Origin: Octopus vulgaris
Lineage: Eukaryota
Assembly: GCA_951406725.2 (NCBI GenBank)
Contig: OX597814.1
Location: forward strand, 42,408,001-42,472,000
DNA: 64,000 nt
Reading direction: 5' to 3'
Shown: positions 55,341 to 64,000 of the stretch, piece by piece
How positions within the stretch are numbered: position 1 is the first letter of the stretch
Layout: every line of letters starts with the position of its first letter
Translations under genes and position numbers: made by a program
The notes under the pieces: model-generated
The model's input: the letters and a program-made list of their open reading frames with translations, nothing else
What the model was told of the DNA's origin: nothing
The model's database searches: none

Positions 55341-56627
55341 GAGAGTATATTCTTACACACACACAAACTCACACACACACACACACACGCATATTTTATA
55401 TGTGAGTGGGCGTCTCTCTCTGCGTCTGTATGTGTACACTGGCCAACTGATATACAGGGGATTTATCTAATACACCGAATGAAGAGAAAGTAGGCCTCAT
55501 ATACAATCGGGTCTTATATGTTAATACTGATATCTGTTTGCAGGTCATATATCAGACTCAGCAAACTCCTAGCTCAGTGATATATTGACTATTTTCCTTT
55601 AACATGAATCTACGCAGTTCTAAACCACTGATGTGTAATCTATTTCTACTAAATATATGAAGTGTTAATATGAATTCGAACACGTCTCATCGTGTCACAA
55701 GATATGACACGTTTTCATATCACGCACGACTGATCTGACTTTGTACATATACTTAACATTACAGTTCAAGTTTCATAATGAAGTAGCACCTAGATTATCA
55801 ATAAATGCATGATTCTGTGTTTTCCACGTAAGACAAGATTGTTATTTAGTAATTGTTCAGTAGGCTACTGCGATATTTTTGAATAAATAGTTGCCAAGGA
55901 GCCAGAATATGTTTGCCTATCGATGACAGGTTGAATGAAGATGATTCATCGTTAACGGATGCAATACTTTAGTCAATATATATACAAACCACTCTATCCG
56001 CTTAGTAAGATTTGTTAATTTGATTACATGTGAAATTATTTTTCCATTTAATATTGAAAGGAAAATACTATAAATTGTCAGGAGATTTAAAACTGCTTTT
56101 GTAGTGAAGACCAAAGCTAAGAGCATATATGGCAATCAATTTTAGCTTTCAAACAATACGGTGTCCACGCACAGATTTTAAACGATACATAAAGTTAATG
56201 GGCCTCTAATCCAATTCACATGAGAAATATGAGACACAAGCATATTATATACGAATAACAACTAGCTTTTAACAAAAGTAGTGGCTACAATGCTGTGCGT
56301 CAGTCAATATTGCAAAGATTCCCTATACAGTTTTATGCATCAAGTAGGCTTGCCATCAAAACAATAATGGTGAAATCGCTTGGCGATAATGAAAATGCAA
56401 ATATACATACATGTATTTGTATACGCCTACGAGTAAATGTGAAAGCACATGTATTTTCTTACATATATGTACTACGAACTGCATATACGTAATATAGTAT
56501 AAGTTCCGAAGGTTATATATGCTATTATATATGTAATCTACACACAATCATACGCGCACATATGTATGCGTAGGTATGTTCAAACACATACACATATACT
56601 CACATAGCACACACGCACACACACTCG

Positions 56628-56685
<58 letters not shown>

Positions 56686-57378
56686 ATTGTATATGTACAT
56701 GTGTACATAGGCTTATATAGACACAGAAATATATATATGTGTGTACATGTCTGTGTGTACATACACAAACACATATATATATATTTAGATATATATATAT
56801 ATATATACATACATATATACATATATGCATGCATATACATTTTAATATGTGTATACACGTGTTTTTGTGTGTTATGTGTACACAATATTCATCAGTATAA
56901 GAGCAAAAACGTCACTGAAATAACGTTTGAATAGTTGATATTAATCTTATTCTACCAAATAAAGCTTTGTGTATTAAAGCTGTATCACTGAACGGCAGGA
57001 TGTATGTGTGAAGTTCTCTTTCCCTCACCACCCTCCTGCTCTATCAATGCATCAAACCGCTTGTTTAGTCAGCCAAGTAGCCCAGAGAGATATCCACTTA
57101 GCATATATGATAAACGCATAGAAGTCATAACTTATTAGGCTCCTGTGTGTACTGAAAAGCTCATTTACTTGTGTTCAACTAAGGAAGTTTGGTTGATATA
57201 CACAATCTCTCAATTTCTCGGTAGTATCACAATGTAAACTTAGATAATAAAGATCTGAAATCGCATGACCTACTCACAGGAGAAAATGCACCTCTACACA
57301 TTTATTTATATAGTTTCTATCTATATTGGTCATCTCACACTACATCTCCTTCTCTCTCTCTTTTACTCTGTTTCATCT

Positions 57379-57447
<69 letters not shown>

Positions 57448-58968
57448 GGATGTATATAAATTCACACACATATGCACACATATACATGCATATATATGTG
57501 TGTGTGTGTTAGAGTGTGTATGTTGTATAATATGTACGTATGTACGCATATATGAATAAATATGTATGGTTGTATGTTGAATGTGTAAATGCGTCCGCAT
57601 AATTTTGCATTTAATATCATATAATAGAATAATGCGCATACATATTTACTGAAGAGCCAGCCTTATATCCATAACTCGCATATTTGATACAAATCTTCTG
57701 TTAGCATATGGAAAAAAATAACAGGGGTAAGCTACGAATACAGAAAACGTTCTTTTGAAACACAAATGAATAACCAACCCATTACTGGTTTCCAACTTCA
57801 ACGATGTACTTTATCAACATCTAACTCATCGGATTTTACCTACTGTTTGATTAACCGATCAAAGTTATTACATTAACTTCAACATATTTACAATATACGG
57901 TGTGTAAAAACCTATAGACCAAAACTATATTCGACATTCATTACCTTTATTTCGAATTTTTTTTATAAATGTCGGAAAACGTACTCCATATAAATATTTG
58001 AATGGTTTTGCTAAGCATAAACTTAGTGAAATAGCCAATTGATAATTATCAGTGAGTTGTCGTACACTATGTTTAGTTCTTACTGTAGAATATCATGCTT
58101 ACGGTGCGAGAGGTTTGTAATACACGCATAAAAAGATCTACGTGCAAATATATTCTGAGATCCTTGGCAACTATATATTTAAAGGCATGGCAGTAGCGAT
58201 CAAAAAAACACAGAATCTTGCACATTAATGCATTAATGTAGATTTCACTTACTAAATTTCTGTTAGAACATAGAATACGTTAAGCACAATCATATGAACC
58301 GTGGAATGAATCGAAACTGGTACTTTGATATATCAGCTAATTTGTGCTAGCGGTTGCAAAAGTCAAACGCCAACGTCTCGTTAGTGAAGCTACGTGTGTG
58401 ATTCTTATTAGTTTTTCCATTAGCTACTTATACATGAATGGCATTACAGTAGTAGATTTAGAGTAATATTTACAAGGGTAGACTAATTGGGTTCTAAATT
58501 CATTACTAGTGAACGTTTAAGCCAATATGTCTAATGAACATGTCGCCAATCAACACGGGGCATTTACAATTCAAGTAAAACCACTTTATAATGTCTGAAA
58601 TTGTCCTAATGAATAACATCGATGCTAACTTCACAATCGATCAGTTGACACCAAAAGATTTCTTAGGCGTGGTTTTTATCATTGTGAAAGCGCATAATGC
58701 TATATATTATCATGTCAACACCATTAAGGCAACAAAATTGTATTTATCTATGTTCACATAGATAAATCTATCTATTTATCTATTTTTCGATCAATTAATA
58801 TGTGTGTGCGTGAGTGTGCTTGTGTATTTATATCAACATATACCTGCGTGTGTGTGTGCGTGTGTGTGTGTGCATGTATGTTAATGCTTATAGATGGAAA
58901 GACAGATACTTTGGCACTTACTTAAATAACGCTTTTTACGGGAATGCTATCAATATATGTGTGCATTT

Positions 58969-59182
58969 AAGGCGGCGAACTGGCTGAAACGTTAGCACGC
59001 CGGGCGAAATGCGAAGCAGTATTTCGTCAGTCTTTACGTTCCGAGTTCAAATTCCGCCGAGGTCGACTTTACCTGTCATCCTTTTGGGGTCGATAAATTA
59101 AGTACCATTTGCGTACTGGGGTCGATGTCATCGACTGGACCCCGCACCAAATGTTTCGGTTGTTGTGCCTTGAGTAAAAAAG
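58969..59182 (+). mobile_element. SINE family C, full length with degenerate 15-bp TSD
   Basis: AAGGCGGCGAACTGGC..GAGTTCAAATTCC..GTCGACTTTACCTGTCATCCTTTTGGGGTCGATAAATTAAGTACC; TSD aatatatgtgtgcat (58952-58966) versus aatatctgtgcgcat (59183-59197). Confidence 0.9.
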
Positions 59183-59548
59183 AATATCTGTGCGCATGTG
59201 TGTCTGTGTCTATCTCTGTATATGTATATATGTGTGTGCGTGTATGTGCGTCTATTTATGCATGTATATATGTATATATATGTATGGATGTATGTAAGGA
59301 TGGATGGATATGTATGTATGTTATAATTTCCTTCCACGGATATACAAATAAACTGTAGCATGCGCATATGCGTTTTCGTATGAACGTTTTTAAGAGTGTG
59401 ACTAAACATCTAGCCTACCGTAGAATACAGGGACCCCAGAGTATAAGTATTACAACATTTTTAAAATGCTGAGCACTCATCAGCCAATTATAGAGGTTTT
59501 CCATTAATACAAACATGTTCATATCAAGTGGCAACATTATAGAGAAGG

Positions 59549-59605
<57 letters not shown>

Positions 59606-59615
59606 ATATATATAT

Positions 59616-59835
59616 ACTAGCAGTAATACCCGTCATTCCCTTTACCTTTACTGCTTCTATGCCGAGATGCTATATAGAAGAATAGGTTTTCGGAATCCAG
59701 TTGACTGCGAATGCACTGAAAATGATACAGGTCAAGGGGAGCACCCATTTGTCAACTCTTCTTTTGACATTTGAGTAGGCCGTATGCCGAAGGAGAATTG
59801 AAAGATTCAGTTTAGAATCAGGACGATGGTCAGTC
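59616..59835 (-). mobile_element. Helitron 3' end joined to a helicase fragment
   Basis: Minus strand ends CGGGTATTACTGCTAG|T; internal frameshifted MSKEELT..(VLP)DLYHF..W (~SxEEL..VFPDL...WL). Confidence 0.5.
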
Positions 59836-59911
59836 TACGACTACAGATTTAGGTTTACTCGTCCTGTATCTGTGTTTGTGTGTATGCATACGTGTGTTAA
59901 TATATGTGTAA

Positions 59912-59984
<73 letters not shown>

Positions 59985-62900
59985 TGTGTATATGTTTGTT
60001 GTGTTTTTACGTATGTGTGTGTATGGTGTGTGTATGTGTGTTTGTGTGCATCGACAGATGCAACTGCATATCGGCGTAAAGAGTTTAGAGACTCCGAGAG
60101 ATCGTCAAATAATCCTTTATTCTTTGCAGATAATTCTATAAATAATAGTGTATAAGTATTGCGCCATGAAGCCATTTGGATAAGATTAGATTGAAGGTTG
60201 CTACTCCACTTTACGACTTCAGGATACATCACAAATGCATTTTATTTAGTTTTACTGTCGGTGGACAGTAACAACATATCGATACAATCTTGAAAACTGT
60301 TATTGATGTAACTGAGCCGATTGCATATTTTAATTCTGTGCAGTTTGCTCTAAACATTTTTTGTCCAAGTGCTTGCTTAAGGGTGTATAAACGAATTTCT
60401 CTTTTTCCTTTTATTTATTTTCATTTTTTGTACATTTTGTGTTATGGGTTCGAAAGGGCGGTAAACAAGAAGAACAGTAAGTGCGTTGGGCGTGAGGCCT
60501 TACTTCTATTTTCCATCTCGTTGCACTCTAAGAGCAATGACTGAAATGGAAATGGAGGCACGTTCCACCATCGAAAATTGCTAACATATGTTTTCAGTTA
60601 GACGTGGATGATATAGCGAAAAAAATATTTTCATACAGTGATTCTAGTTGCCTGCCTTAATGTATATATTACTTGTACAAGTATGTGCATATCGTACACA
60701 TGAAGGGTGAATAATTACCACTGTATAATCTATTCACAAACACAGTGACACTTATGATAACGTTGAGTGTGTATGTGTGTGTGTGACGCAGAGACTATTT
60801 GAGGCAATATTGCTGAATACATTATGAGATATTTTTAGAAGGTAAAATTTGAAGGTTCATCTTAGTTATCTTTGCCAGAATATCAGAGTGTCAAAAAGTC
60901 TATAAGTAAATAGGTAGCCCATGTCAATATTTTCTTTGTAATGTTCAAAATACCATATATGTGTGCATGTGTGTGTTTGCAGTGTGTGTGCTTGCATGCA
61001 CGTGTGTGTGTTTGTCTGAGTGGATGTCTGAGTATTGGTGTGCGCGTGTATGCAAGTGTGTGTGTATATGTGTCTATGTTGCTTATCCTGATGTGCATTT
61101 GTTTGTGTATGTCTGTGTTGCTTATTCGGGTGTTAATCAATAATGGTTGGAATTAATTTGCAAAAGCAGACGCAGTATACGAAAATAACAACGAGTTTTA
61201 TAACATTTAATTATAGTTTGTTATGCCACAAAAAGTAAACATCAAAATTAAAGTGATATTTTAATTAGTCAGCATTTCCTAATTAGTTAATTGCTTAAGC
61301 ATTGAAAACGACTTACATAATTTATTCATTAAATGCTTCTCATAAGTAAGTAATATTTCTAAATATATCTTGTTTAATAATATCAGAAAATATATTTTCA
61401 CTAAAATAACGTTTCCTACGTTGGAATTCGCTCATAATTAGCATCAACTATTCCGAGGAATAAACTTTTGAGCCTGTACTTTGAATTATACAGTCTCGGA
61501 AAATTCGTACCTAGATATTAGCATCATACAATAATTAATGTAATGCAAAGTTCAACAAATTGCAATGGCTAGAGCTGATATCTATCAAGTTGATAAAATG
61601 AGCTTAGTCATTTCCTTTCATTCCATTAACGAGTCATTAGTATGTCGGATCAAATAGTAACACTTGTGCCTTTCAATTGCATATATTTATGTTTTTATTC
61701 AACAAATTACTTTTCCTCTTGGAATTTAAAAAACGCATTATATCAGATGCCTTTTACAATGTATGATACTTTAACATTTAATATGCATTCACGTGTTTCT
61801 ATTATGTATTTAACGGAATTTTGTTTTTCTTCGTCAAGCAATTGCACATACGTTATCGGCTCCATGAACAATTTATTTTAACATACTTTACCCCTGGTTA
61901 CAATGTTATTGTTCCTCCGATTCCTTTACATTGCCAACGCTCAAGGACGTAATTCAAAGGTTTTTGCCATTTGAAAACATGCTCTTATACTCAAAGGCAC
62001 AAACACAAATACGTATTTAAGCATTACATACATACATGCATGAATACATACATACATATATACATATACACATACATAATACAATTTTACACATATATGT
62101 AAATACAAATATGCTTAAAAGTGTATACACCTATACATAAAAGTGTATGCATTTATGCGCATATGTATATATATGTATGCATATATGTGTGTGTGTGATT
62201 TTTTGGTGTGTATGCATGTATGTATGTGTTGTGTGGACGCTCCCAGATGACGTAGGCTAGCCCAATACGTAGATATAGAGGGAGAAGTTTAGAAGTCAAA
62301 AGTTAAGTAGAGGTCATCCTAACGTGCGATATAACAGTATGCACGTATGTATGTACTACACGTGTATATATGTATGATTGTATTTATTTATATTGTGTAA
62401 CTTAACTCGTCACTCTTTCACGTGATTACAGATTAATTGGGAGAAAAAGAGGGAGAGAAAAGCAATCATGACATTAGATTGAAGTAACGTAATTGTAACG
62501 CTTTCGCAAGATTAGTTGAGTGGAGGAAGTAAAATCAGAAAAAAAAAGGATAAGGCGAAGAGTGAAACACAAACAGAGAGAAATAAAAAAGAGGCAGAGA
62601 GAAGCGTCCAGGTTGTGAGGTAGGAGGAACGTAGTATTTAATATGTGGTTTAAAGAGACTTAGATATATAATTTTAGCAGAGGGGTGATGTGCTGATGGT
62701 GATGTTAAAAAAGGCAGAGAGAGTGAGAAGGGGAATAGACAGGAGGGAGAAGAGATGAAGAAAGTTAAAGGAGGGAGAGAAAGGGAGAGAGGAAAGAGTG
62801 GGAGAGCGAGATGATGCTGGTCGCGGTGGAGCAGTGGTGGTAGTTGAGGTGGCGGTAAGTATCGCATAGTGAAAAGTGCATCTTCTTAAAATTTAACTAT

Positions 62901-63179
62901 TGTTTTATATCACCTATCACTTCACGCATGCGTATAAGTTCAATTCCGTGAAATATTCACTCTTATTTACTTGGCAGATATATACAATTTATTTGAAGGT
63001 TGTATTCTATGTACGCGATATCTTTTTTTAATACGAAAAATGGAAAAATAAGTGTGAATATTTATTTTATGAGTGCTGTTTATTAAGACTATAAAATTCG
63101 GCATAAAGTATATAAAGTGTATATATAAAATGCATCAAGTAAAAATCGAATTCCAATTTCTTTCTCTTATGTATTTTAT

Positions 63180-63960
63180 TCAGATACAACACAGGAAGCA
63201 CTTTAAGGTTTTTCGGGTAAAGTTTTCAGACATAACCTGACAGGTTTCCCATTAATTTCTTGAAATATTCGTAGGTCCCGCTAGTTTGAATAAACACTTA
63301 AATACTTACTCAGAAGCGTTAGATAATTTTTATGGTGTACACTAGATGGACTGGAAGACAATGAAAGAGTGGGGGATAATGTGGACATTAAAGGTGATTG
63401 GAAGAGAATGAAATAAATAAGGAATCTCAATATTCGATGTATTCTACAGGGCTTATAAAACGGGTAATAAATGGCGTTAAATTCGAAACACTCTAAATAG
63501 AGGTAGTAATTATCGTGGTGGATACGTGACCAGCGTATTACGAATAGAGACACTGGCAATTTAGACACGTCGTGAGAACTTTCAAAAGCGAAGCGCTGAA
63601 ATCTTAGGGTCACATGAAAATAACAGAAATATACACTTCAACTCAGTTGCTTAGTTTAAGTAGATAATGTCGGTTAGAAAAGTTTGAGTGGTTCATTATT
63701 CTATGTTGATCTGGCATCGAATTTCCTAGATTTAAGATTTAAAGGCGTAGTTTTGAAATATCTTGATAGGCTTTTGGAAGTTTTGGACTTTACTGCGTAG
63801 ATTGGGTATGAGCTTGCAAGTAATGATTACTTTAAAAAAATGCAATCCTGCTGAGTTATATGTTTTGTTTTTCGGCGTTTGCTACGCTTTTGCTCAGCGC
63901 TTGCTCTGAGTACAATAAATTCAAGTTAATATCAATATTGGTTGTAGCTGGAAATCAGGC
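63180..63960 (-). mobile_element. PLE GIY-YIG C-terminal remnant and tail
   Basis: TLRFQR..DVSKLPVS..YYPFYK..YFILFQSPLM (~LR.R..H...R.LPVS.H..FPFYK..FI..F.P.LN); tail carries GAAAC-CU-GUC-AGG at ~63234-63247. Confidence 0.6.
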
Positions 63961-64000
63961 TTACAAATGATTTATAATTGTATTCGTAGACATGTTCATG

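Overview
AT-rich, microsatellite-dense eukaryotic DNA. The SINE and repeat repertoire looks like an octopod cephalopod (Octopus-like); this is an inference from recall, not a database check. I find no intact host protein-coding gene, rRNA, functional tRNA or CRISPR array, and most supplied ORFs are (TA)n/(CA)n/(GATA)n read-through artefacts. The window is intergenic or intronic and made of decayed transposons: at least five tRNA-derived SINE families, a near full-length mariner relic, a maT/DD37D-like fragment, CR1/L2, R4/Dong-like and Hero-like non-LTR fragments, a Gypsy gag-protease relic, Helitron ends and helicase fragments, and many Penelope-like (PLE) remnants. The main hidden signal is a set of about 14 type-I hammerhead ribozyme (HHR) motifs or half-motifs from several families. 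Some have unusually long stem II insertions, one family shares a non-canonical core, and five loci are head-to-head inverted duplications (0.3-2.8 kb) that could fold into long dsRNA.
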